A DNA stretch of 64,000 nucleotides, taken from assembly GCA_037441845.1 (NCBI GenBank), contig JBBIRK010000001.1, forward strand, positions 241,184 to 305,183, written 5' to 3'. Both the position numbers and the translations under genes were made by a program. The notes below the pieces were generated by a model that was given only the letters and a program-made list of their open reading frames with translations, had not been told where the DNA came from and ran no database searches. Source of the stretch: Candidatus Zixiibacteriota bacterium (GTDB lineage: Bacteria > Zixibacteria > MSB-5A5 > UBA10806 > 4484-95). Below are positions 53,037 to 64,000 of this stretch, piece by piece (position 1 is the stretch's first letter; each line of letters opens with the position of its first letter).

Positions 53037-53243
53037 ATGAAAAGCAATGTCGGTGTAGTTGATCGGGTAATCAGAGCGGTTCTCGGAGCGGCCATAATCT
53101 TGGCGGGAATTTTAGCCGGTAGTTGGTGGGGACTTATTGGATTAGTCCCTTTGGCCACCGCAGTAATCGGGTGGTGTCCGGCCTACTTGCCGTTTGGCCT
53201 GAGCACCTGCAGAACCCGCGCCGTCAACACACCCCGAACTTAA
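53037..53243 (+). CDS. DUF2892 (YgaP-like) small membrane protein
   Basis: MK.NVG..DR.IR, WCP.Y.PFG.ST. Confidence 0.9.
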   Translation: MKSNVGVVDRVIRAVLGAAIILAGILAGSWWGLIGLVPLATAVIGWCPAYLPFGLSTCRTRAVNTPRT

Positions 53244-53267
53244 GTCACCTAACTTTTACACCTAAAT

Positions 53268-53296
53268 AGCCGGTTGGGAAACCGACCGGCTTTTTT
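53268..53296 (+). terminator. Rho-independent terminator
   Basis: AGCCGGTTGG-GAAA-CCGACCGGCT followed by a T tract. Confidence 0.85.
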
Positions 53297-53350
53297 ATTG
53301 TCGCAATTGATCGATTGGTCTATGTCGGTAATGATTGATCCAAAATGCCC

Positions 53351-53379
53351 TTGACAAGCGGATCACTAAAAATTATTAT
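53351..53379 (+). promoter_or_regulatory. Sigma70 promoter of groESL
   Basis: TTGACA-17 nt-TATTAT. Confidence 0.8.
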
Positions 53380-53393
53380 CTCCGGAAACAAAA

Positions 53394-53420
53394 TTAGCAC
53401 TCATTAGTATAGAGTGCTAA
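53394..53420. promoter_or_regulatory. CIRCE element (HrcA operator)
   Basis: Perfect TTAGCACTC-N9-GAGTGCTAA upstream of groES. Confidence 0.97.
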
Positions 53421-53508
53421 CAAGAAATGTGGCTTTGAAATAGTTTGGTTGTCGAATAGGCATACGGTTATGCCAAAAAGTCAATCTGTAAAAAAGGAGT
53501 GATCTTAA

Positions 53509-53793
53509 ATGCAAGTGAAGCCATTAGCCGATCGCGTAATGGTCAAACCGCTGGAAGAGCTGGAAGTCAAGAAAGGCGGCATTATCATTCCCGATACCGC
53601 CAAGGAACGCCCCATGCAAGGCGAGGTCATCGAAGTAGGGCCGGGGAGGGTCGAGGATGGCAAGAAGGTGGCCATGGAGGTCAAAAAGGGAGATAAGGTG
53701 CTGTATGGAAAATATTCCGGCACCGAGGTCACTATCAACGATGTCGAATATCTTATCATGCGCGAGTCCGATATTCTCGCCATAATATCTTAA
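53509..53793 (+). CDS. groES: Co-chaperonin GroES
   Basis: [34 protein letters not shown]. Confidence 0.99.
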   Translation: MQVKPLADRVMVKPLEELEVKKGGIIIPDTAKERPMQGEVIEVGPGRVEDGKKVAMEVKKGDKVLYGKYSGTEVTINDVEYLIMRESDILAIIS

Positions 53794-55437
<1,644 letters not shown>

Positions 55438-55492
55438 TCGTCGGCCGATATTATTCCAGCGGCATGGCTATTTTGCGCCTGGCCGGTCTAAC

Positions 55493-55521
55493 AAGAGGGT
55501 ATCGTTTGATGCCCTCTTTTT
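55493..55521 (+). terminator. groEL terminator
   Basis: AAGAGGGTATC-GTTT-GATGCCCTCTT-TTT. Confidence 0.85.
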
Positions 55522-55754
55522 GAATTATATCAATCTAAGCTTACCGCAAAAAATCAAATGTCTAACCCGAGAAAAGGTAATAAACAATAACTGACAGTAT
55601 GCCCAGGTGTAGATCTCAACAAGACCGGAAATATATTGCTTACCTTGTCCAATTATATCGGTATAATACAGCCAAGGATTCAGGGGAATTAGACATTTAT
55701 GATCGTCATGGATTTTAATGTCGAGGGAAAGGATATTCTTACAAGGAGGCATTA

Positions 55755-57948
55755 ATGAACCTGATGGGAAATATCTTTATTTTCTTTCTCCTCATGGCTC
55801 TGGTAAGCCATAATGGCGCCAAGGCGATCGGTCAGGGCGAGATAATAAGGTGAAATTGGTGAAGCCATAGCGATCCTGCCTTATGGCGAGGCCGGAAAAG
55901 ATTATGCCGACGGACAATTCATTGCAAAACTAAAATACGGCTATTTAAGTCTACCCGAGCAACAATCCGAAGCCCCTATCGAATATTGCACGATAGAGAA
56001 GCATCCCTTTGAGATTCTTTGCCATAATGACGTTGTCTTTGCAAAACGCGTTTTTACCGATTTCGAACCGTTAGATACAATTAGAGTAATAAATGGTGAT
56101 ACGGTTACTGTGCCAGACCTTTCGTAGACATATCTTTTCCTGCAAACATCCTCCAATGCTGTGCTCGATGCGGTAAATGAAATGGAGGAATTTGAAGGCA
56201 CGATTTATGCCGAACCCAATATGATTTCAAGTGAATTATTTAGAATTCCTAATGATAATTGTTGGCCTTTGCAATGGAATCTGCACGATGATCAAAACGG
56301 CATAGGTGCCCAAACTGCATGGAATGGGACTGTGGGCAATCCAGCGATCAAAGTCGCGATAATCGATGCCGGTATTGATTATACGCTATTCGAATTCATT
56401 GGACCCAATTATCCCAATGCTAAAATAACAGGAGGCTATGATTATTATGTGCCGGATCCCAATCCTATAGAGGAGTATCTATATGGCCATGGCACCGGTG
56501 TCGCCGGAGTTGTTGCGGCCTTGGCCAATAACACGTTAGGTATAGCGGGCATTGCCGGCGGCTGGCAAGCAAATAGTCAGGATATTGGAGGAGTATCCCT
56601 GGTCGCGATAAAGGTGACAGATAATTATGGAAATGTGGCCAACAATAGAATTTTGGCCAATGCAATTTACGAATCGGCCGACCCAACGCATTTCGGATGT
56701 AATATATTGAATTGCAGTTGGGGCAGTTATGGTTATAGTGAAGTTTTAAGAGAGGCAATCAATTTTGCCTACAGACTTGGCGCAAATGTAGTGGCTGCTA
56801 AAGGCAGGAACGGAGTATCGAACCCAACATATCCGGCTGATTTTGATTACAGCTGGATAACCTGCATCGGCGGATACGGGCAGAATGGGCTCTTTTGCGT
56901 CATAGGCAACTGCGAATATGCTACAGACTACGGGCAAGGTCTTGATATGCTTGCGCCCGGCTATAGTATTTTTACAACGTGGTTTTATAATTCCTTCAGC
57001 CAAAGGAATGGGAATTCATTCGCTGTACCGCACGCGGCAGGGTCCATCGGACTCATGAAAAGTATATTGCCTGATTTGCGCAACGAGGATGCGGATTGGA
57101 TGTTGAAATATTCTGCTTCTGATCCCCCGCCGCCATATAGCGATAATAATGTGTGGACCTGGGATGAAAGATACGGCCATGGTGACCTGCGCATTTCTAC
57201 GGTAATCAATAGAATTGGCAATCCATCAATTCAGCCGTTTGATTATCTGACTCATGATGCGCGGGGCGGGGAAGTGGCAAGTTCCGTTCATTATCCTTCA
57301 TATACATTTATTGGATCACCTTTGAACGGCACATATACGACCACCGTTCATGAAATTCGCGTAAATCTCAGCTATCCGGAAAGCTATGATGGCATGCCAT
57401 TCGTTTGGGCAGTGGGTCAAGGCACGTCCGGCTGGTCGGGGGCGCAGCCGAACTACCAGGATGGTTGGGCAAGAGTCGTTCCCGGATCAGAATCCAAAAC
57501 CGGTTGTCAGATGCAAACTTTCGTTTATGAGGTCTGGGATAATCAACCTGGGCAACCTCATTGGTATCCCTGCCAGCCGGAAAATGTGAGCATTATATGG
57601 GGAATAAAATCCGCAATTCAGCCAAACAATCCGGGCGGCGATAAATGGGTGCGTAGCTCAGACGAAATAACTGAAATCACAGTCGAGGCATCTCCAAATC
57701 CATTTAATTCTTATATTATATTGAGAATTAATTTGCCTTATGAATCGCGCGTTGCTATTGACATCTATGACATACTTGGCAGGGAAGTAGCTAATTTGGC
57801 TGACCGCAAGTAGTTTCCCGAAGGGAATCATGAAATTGCCTGGAACGGCAAAAACGACAAAGGCGCTCCTTGCCCGTCGGGCATTTATTTTTGCGAGGTT
57901 CGGAACGAGAAGCAAACGAAAATAGCCAGGTTTGTTTTATTGAAATGA
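55755..57948 (+). pseudogene. S8 (subtilisin) peptidase with T9SS/FlgD-like CTD, disrupted
   Basis: AGGAGG RBS and signal peptide at 55755, frameshift near 55848, in-frame TAG at 56125 and 57811; IIDAGID, GHGTGVAG, GNSFAVPHAAG triad; CTD continues to TGA 57948. Confidence 0.82.
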
Positions 57949-58989
57949 AGTCAATTCGGTTCTTAATCGTTTCGCTATTTGGGCATTTCCCTGTATTATT
58001 TTTGGTTGTCGTCGGCTGTTCTAAGCCGACCGATAGGGGTCAACCGTCGCCGATTGAAGAGATCCATTTTATGCAGGGCTGGCCTTCATGGTCGCCCGAT
58101 GGGCGATACATTGCCTTTACCTATAATCTTACTTCGAATGAAGAAGTCCTTAGATTCGGCTCGCCTTCCATCTGGGTATATGATTTTCAGACCAATACAT
58201 TTGGCTACCTGACTGGGCCCGGCAAGTTTCCTCGATGGAATCGTGATGGATCCATAGTGGCATTCGAGTGGCACAATGAGATCTATTTTTATTATCTGGC
58301 TACATCCAGCGTTCGCCAGGTTACGAATTTGGGTCGTCTTATTTACTCGTTTCACTGGCTTCCGGACGGCGCCCGACTTAGCGGTACTTTTGATGGGTTT
58401 TTCGTTATTGACACCACAGGAAGAATTTCCAGAACAATAAGGCCAAGATGGGGCGAATTGGTAGGTATAGCCAACGGTCAGGAAGCTAATTGGTCACCCG
58501 GCGGTGATTTGATTCTGACCTTTTGCGGTTTTGGTGGCAGCAATTGGTATTTGATGTTGCTTGATTCTCTCGGCGCGGTACTTCGGACGATAATAATGCG
58601 CACCTATGATGAAGAGATGAGTTATCTCTGCTGGTCGCCGCAAAGGGATAGATTTATCGTTAATTACGGTGATTATTCCGATGACAGCAATGTCGTTCAA
58701 GACCTGCGGATTTATCGGATGGATGGCACGGTGGAAACCATCATAATCAGGGAAACGGGGGGGGATGGCCGAATGGTCGCCAGACGGAAGCAGAATTGTA
58801 TTTCAAAATTATACGTTCATGGGACATAATCCCAATCCCTGGGATATTGATTTCGGTCGGGTGACACTTTGGATATGCAATGCGGATGGCAGCGACAAGC
58901 ATGAGTTGTTGGGCTGGCCGCAGCGGGGTTATGATTCCACAATGTTCGGCGGCGGCTATAACTGGTACACCGATACGCATGGGCCTTAA
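57945..58989 (+). pseudogene. TolB-like (PD40 repeat) lipoprotein, frameshifted at a G8 tract
   Basis: Lipobox VVGC, PSWSPDG...IAF repeats; removing one G at 58757-58764 joins the frame to AEWSPDGSRIVF (58765-58989). Confidence 0.8.
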
Positions 58990-58996
58990 GCGTTTA

Positions 58997-60437
58997 ATGG
59001 TTAAACTCAGAATCGCCAGGTTCTATACACTCGCATAAGGTTCCCTGATTTACTGTTTTCCGTATATATTTTTATGCCGACGATTAACTGCGGCGGCATA
59101 AAATGCTATTTCCAATTCACCGACTCGACCTATCAACCGTTGCCACAGGGGATCATAATATCCGGCGATTCTCCGCTATATATCGATGCAAAATACTGGA
59201 GCGCAGACAGCCTTTTCGTATATATTAGTCTCGAAGGAAGACCTGACGAGGGAATTCGTCTTGCCCTGACCCCTGTTTAATTGGGTATGAAGTGCACTGG
59301 CGGGGATCGATCCTCAACAGCCGGATTCTCGGCCTTAAGTCATGTGGCACGGTCTACGTGGACGATGAGCCGTACTCAGACTTTCCGGTCATAGTTGGAA
59401 CGATCCCTGACTGGGTCGATGTTGCCCTGCCGCTCGTGTTTACGGATCCGGAGACGGTACTGATAAGCCACGACAGCATGAAGGTGGCCGAGGATGTGCG
59501 AGCTTGCGTCCGATTCGTCGACGATATCAGCGGCACGCAAGTAATGGCAAAATATCTTATCGATACAATAGGATATCGAAGCAAGTGGGTAGCCAATGAG
59601 AATTACATTGCCGAAACGTATTGGCGATCTTTTCCGGCCGGCGGCGAGTATAAATCGGCGACAGAACCTTACGACAAAGATTGCTCGGCCGTATTCGATA
59701 AGGATTTGTTATATGCCGTCGGGGGAAAGCTCAGCATTGACGCACTGGGGAGTTTGAATCCGGTCGCCCATATGGACAATGGTTTTTCGGTGACGACAGA
59801 TACGCTGAATACCGCCGGGGACACTTTTGCCACGAAATTGATTCTTATCGACAGGGACCCGGAGAATGAGCAATTAATCGACAGCCTAAAAACCGACCGG
59901 ATGCGGGCGATAGCCTACGTAGAGGGAGCCAGAACCATATCATATGGCGGACATCAACCGCAGTTAAGATATAATCATTACTGGAATGACACGGGGACGC
60001 CGTGCGAGAATGGACAGGGCACAGATACCGGAATAATGCAAATCTGCAGGACGCCGGACTGGGAGTCGTGGTTTGCGACAGGCAGTAATTTACCCGCTGG
60101 TTATGTGGTGGGAACTTGGGATAGTTTGGCCTGGAATTGGAATACGAATATTGAGAATGGCAGATATATTCTGAATACCTATATGCCCAACAGATTCACT
60201 TCGCAGCAATTATTATTCCCCGATTCCTGTTCCTTTGCGAGCTGCGGCTACTTTCCCGAATCCAAAAACAAGGAGGATTTGAAAACTTTCGGTTATCATA
60301 AGGGCGATCCTTTCATGAGGAAAATAACAGGTAACAGTGAATGGAGAGAGTATATAGCTGTAGAAAACAATCCACCTGAATGGGCTGATTATGTTCAGAG
60401 GGTCCGAAACTTTTATTATCTTAAGATATGGAGATAA
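58997..60437 (+). pseudogene. Secreted protein with C-terminal lytic transglycosylase/lysozyme-like domain, 5' part disrupted
   Basis: AIAYVE...GIMQI...WNWNTNIENG..IL...YH.G...YVQRV; stop and frameshifts in 58997-59290. Confidence 0.6.
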
Positions 60438-60443
60438 TTCAAT

Positions 60444-61526
60444 ATGAAACACAGACAACTATTTCACTTGTCAATAATTACTATGGTAATGGTTGGCGCT
60501 TTCACCATTTCATCAAATTGCGAATTATTTCCCTTAGTAGTTTATGGCGACAAGAATCATTCTGGATTCAGAGACGTATGGTTGAAAATTGTTTCTCTGA
60601 ATGAAGGTGCAACAGCCGACAGCCTGTTGCTACGCCAGAGCGGATTTATTGCAAATACGGAAGGAACCCCAATAAAATTAAGCACTGACAGCGGCCGGCT
60701 CTTACTGTGCGGTATTCAGTAAGGCGGCTATGCCAAAAACACGAGCGTCGCCTATGATAGCCTGGGCAGATCGAACTTTTATTATTATCTGATTAGGTTG
60801 GATCAAGCTGCATCGATCCTTCATTCAGACAGCTTATTGGGCGTAGATTACGAATATTTCTTTCAATATCCAGGGGAGGCCGGCTTTCAATTCGCATTAT
60901 ATAGTTATGACCGGAGCAACATCCTATTGCCGGGCGAATATACCATCGATAGGGGATTTCAATTTCGACGTATACGACCAATAGACCCTGACTTGCCCCG
61001 ATGGGCGATTAGGATGGACAATCGGCCGATTTATTTGCGGAGATTAGATTTACCCAATAGTAGAAATTTATATTAATCCTTTGATGAAAACAACCGTTAT
61101 TGGCTTTTCAAAATCGAAGGTCCGCGACATACGATAATCGATTCGCTATTCATCGACACCTATTAGAGGGCGTCAACGATTTTCGCATATCATCCCGACA
61201 GAGATCTAATTTACAGTTTCCACCTAAATTATGAACAGCACGGCAAATTTGTCGAATTCGAAAAATCCAGAGGGCAGGATTGGATATCGCCGGAAGTGCG
61301 AATCTATAATCCATCCACTTTGCGGCTGGAATACACCCACCCTTTGCCGGATTGCGCTCCGGGTGATTTTGCTATGAAAGAAAATGGTCTGGCAAATGTT
61401 GTAGGAAACTATATCGTCTATTATTTTTTTCAATTTGAGTGGATCGGACGATTCAATCCCGCCATGTTGTTCATATTCGACACCCGCACCAACGAAGCAA
61501 CCTGGCTGAACGTCGGCTGGAGGTGA
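60444..61526 (+). pseudogene. Exported hypothetical protein (partner/immunity candidate) with three in-frame stops
   Basis: One 360-codon frame with a signal peptide, interrupted by TAA 60720, TAA 61074 and TAG 61164. Confidence 0.75.
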
Positions 61527-61530
61527 GGAG

Positions 61531-61680
61531 ATGACTACGCCAAGAGCATCAATCGATCCCTTCATGCTTTTCCCCATAGAGGCCGGTTTCGATACTTGCG
61601 GATGGGATAGCCTTGCCTGGAACTGGCGGGCGAACATAAATGAGGCCGGGAAGCGTTTCCGAACGGCACTGCGCCTTTAA
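61531..61680 (+). pseudogene. Remnant of a third transglycosylase-like gene
   Basis: ...CGWDSLAWNWRANINEAGKRFRTALRL*; nucleotides near-identical to about 63234-63289. Confidence 0.75.
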
Positions 61681-61681
61681 G

Positions 61682-61736
61682 TATTCTGGTGTTGCTTCTT
61701 GACAAAACATCCTGCCCGTGTTAGGTTCGGGCGACA
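61682..61736 (+). repeat. 55-bp promoter-containing direct repeat, copy 1
   Basis: Identical to 63946-64000; TTGACA-17-TAGGTT; ATG 4 nt downstream of the repeat. Confidence 0.9.
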
Positions 61737-61739
61737 ATT

Positions 61740-63635
61740 ATGAACAAAAACCTGTTGTATTTGTTGGCAATATTCTGCCTGCTGCAGGCGGATCATGGCC
61801 GCCTCGATGCCATTTGCTGCAGTTCCGAGCAGGAGGCATATATCTGCGGAATCGCCGTCAACCCGACAATGGAAGGTGGGAATTGGACGGTTCGCTGGGC
61901 GGTGTATAACCGGACGATTCATGATCTCATCTACGATGATCATGAAAACAAATGCTTTGAGGCGAATTGGATGCGGGGATGGGTGATCGAGTATGATTGG
62001 GATAACGGCGAACATGATCATTTCCGGGGAATCGTGGAAGAAGCATGGCATTACACGAACAGGATTTGCGGGCCGACGGCCCCGCTTTATGAAGTGAATG
62101 CAGGGGTATATTATGCTGAGGACCCGATAAGACTGCCGGTAAACATAAGTTTATATACCTGCTGCTTGACCAGCAACTGCGATTCGGCCAAGCAATTAAT
62201 ACAGACGATCAGAGTTAACAAGGATGATTTCCCCTATCCACCCGGCCCACCCTATCCGCCGTATGCCGATTGTCAGTATAATCATATCGCGCGATTATGG
62301 TTTTGCGACAATGAATTCAACCATCTCGGCCCCGCAGATTGCCTGACGCCTCGGGATAGAGTCTATCTTGAGGCGAGGATGACAACCGGCCATGAGGATC
62401 CGCCGTTCGTGCTTGCCGATATCTACGTGATACCGGCGGGAAATCTGGTCCGGGTGACCCTGACCATGGATCACCAGGATCCTGACGGCATGAAATACTA
62501 CCGAGGCGTATCGGGCCAGACCATATCCGCCTGTGATCTGAACGGCCAGGGAACATATGTTCGCGCCCAGGCCTATTATGTATATAATTGTCCCGACAGC
62601 TCCGGCCTTGTGGGAGTGGGGATGCCGTTAGTCGATCTCGAATTGAAGATAGAGAATCCGCCTTCCTGGTCGCAGTTTCCCTATCTGGGGCCTGATTATA
62701 TCGGACCTTCGATCATGTTCAAGGGGAAACTGGATGGCTGCGGCGCTTACAAAGACAACCAGATTCAGTGGAACTTTGATTTTTATTACAAGCGTGAACG
62801 TAATGGTATGGACGTCTGGGAGGTAACCCAGGGTGACACGGCTCTTACCGGAAGATACACTGAGCATTATTTCAGTCCCGCGGCCAAGGGGATAGAGGTA
62901 GGTGGATTGGGGATAATAACGGCGAAATCATACCTGCGGGGGATAGAATACACGGCCAAGCCCTGCACGATAGTGGTGGTGGGGTGTGCAATACCTGACG
63001 ATTCGATTACCACCAGATTGACTGCCATATATCCCCCGCTCTGGGATGAGAGGTTCCGCAGGCCGTGCCCGACACAAAACCTGCTTACGGGGGTATGTAT
63101 GAAGGAGAGTGGATACCGGCAGTTCCAAGACAGAGCGCTATATCGTGTTTTAGCGAGTTTTCCCATTATTTCGTGGGAAGGTTCGCATGTCGGTCTTATG
63201 CAAGTACCGCATGTGCCGGACAGTGTCCGCTGGGCCTGGAACTGGCGGGCGAACATAAATGAGGCCAGGAAGCGTTTCCGAACGGCACTATACTATTCGG
63301 ATAGATTCCATAAAAAGATGCGGGAAAAAATCAATGGGTTAAGGGACAAAGCGTTGCCGGATACGGCGATCGAGGACAATGCCGGATTCATGTACGAGTT
63401 TGGCGGTTACGCAGGCAGCGATACGTCTTATCCGGTAAGCCTGTACTGGTTTCTGTCTTTTTGCATACCGGAAAACCCCGACACATTGGCTTCAAATAAT
63501 AGATGGATGCAAAATAATCTTTGGTGGAACAAAGACAAAACCATAATGGGAAGATTTTTCCATAAGCCGTTTTCATATGAGGCTCTGGAGACGGCAATTA
63601 ATGGCGTATATCGGACAAGGAGGTATTTGAGGTAA
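61740..63635 (+). CDS. Secreted Cys-rich protein with C-terminal lytic transglycosylase (SLT/lysozyme-like) domain
   Basis: Signal peptide; GVCMKESG.RQF...VGLMQV...WNWRANINEA. Confidence 0.7.
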   Translation: MNKNLLYLLAIFCLLQADHGRLDAICCSSEQEAYICGIAVNPTMEGGNWTVRWAVYNRTIHDLIYDDHENKCFEANWMRGWVIEYDWDNGEHDHFRGIVEEAWHYTNRICGPTAPLYEVNAGVYYAEDPIRLPVNISLYTCCLTSNCDSAKQLIQTIRVNKDDFPYPPGPPYPPYADCQYNHIARLWFCDNEFNHLGPADCLTPRDRVYLEARMTTGHEDPPFVLADIYVIPAGNLVRVTLTMDHQDPDGMKYYRGVSGQTISACDLNGQGTYVRAQAYYVYNCPDSSGLVGVGMPLVDLELKIENPPSWSQFPYLGPDYIGPSIMFKGKLDGCGAYKDNQIQWNFDFYYKRERNGMDVWEVTQGDTALTGRYTEHYFSPAAKGIEVGGLGIITAKSYLRGIEYTAKPCTIVVVGCAIPDDSITTRLTAIYPPLWDERFRRPCPTQNLLTGVCMKESGYRQFQDRALYRVLASFPIISWEGSHVGLMQVPHVPDSVRWAWNWRANINEARKRFRTALYYSDRFHKKMREKINGLRDKALPDTAIEDNAGFMYEFGGYAGSDTSYPVSLYWFLSFCIPENPDTLASNNRWMQNNLWWNKDKTIMGRFFHKPFSYEALETAINGVYRTRRYLR

Positions 63636-63636
63636 G

Positions 63637-63945
63637 ATGTTGAAATCAATAAGCATTATTATCGCATTGTCGCTATTCAAAATGGGATGGACCGAAACTT
63701 TATATGTGGCCATGAACAATGGCGCGGTGCATAGTGTGGATTTGCAGAAAGGTGAGGTCGTAAGCTCGATCGGGGAAAGCGGACCGGACAGTCTGAACTG
63801 GGATCCCTGCGGTGGCGACCGATTTGCGGTCAGAAGAAGATGTCTTGTATCCCCACGGGTATTTTAAGCCGTTAAGGGGGTTGCATAACATTCTTCATGC
63901 ACCGAAATACAATCGGCTGATTTGCCATACTATTTACAAGTGGAA
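63637..63945 (+). pseudogene. Truncated exported partner gene (beta-propeller-like start) cut by the repeat
   Basis: GAGG RBS, signal peptide, LYVA..NG.V..VDL..GEVV; frameshift near 63830; runs into repeat copy 2. Confidence 0.55.
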
Positions 63946-64000
63946 TATTCTGGTGTTGCTTCTTGACAAAACATCCTGCCCGTGTTAGGTTCGGGCGACA
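63946..64000 (+). repeat. 55-bp promoter-containing direct repeat, copy 2 (at window edge)
   Basis: Identical to 61682-61736. Confidence 0.9.

Overview
64 kb chromosomal window from a bacterium of roughly 50% GC (estimated by eye). The dockerin-like and T9SS-A/FlgD-like C-terminal domains suggest an FCB-group organism, probably Zixibacteria-like (inference). Housekeeping genes include an ABC-F ATPase, lepA, ychF, gcvT, two glutamate dehydrogenases, dnaB, udg, coaBC, ilvC and groES/groEL with a perfect CIRCE. There is a DnaA-box cluster at 44.2-44.5 kb that may be oriC. The window has many secreted proteins carrying one of two modular C-terminal tags. A Cys-flanked dockerin-like domain occurs on four proteins, including an M6 protease, a multi-OB-fold protein and a five-domain blue-copper protein. 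A T9SS-type CTD occurs on four others, including a CxxCH/Reeler protein. Two cassette arrays stand out. (i) At 34.7-40.8 kb, two-gene units (small secreted protein + BNR beta-propeller-CTD) each begin with an identical 294-bp repeat that contains the previous gene's 3' end, a promoter and a hairpin-forming leader. (ii) At 55.7-64 kb, an eroding island after groEL holds secreted lytic-transglycosylase-like genes, each followed by an exported partner gene, plus a chimeric remnant and a 55-bp promoter repeat. No rRNA, tRNA, CRISPR, integrase or transposase was recognised.
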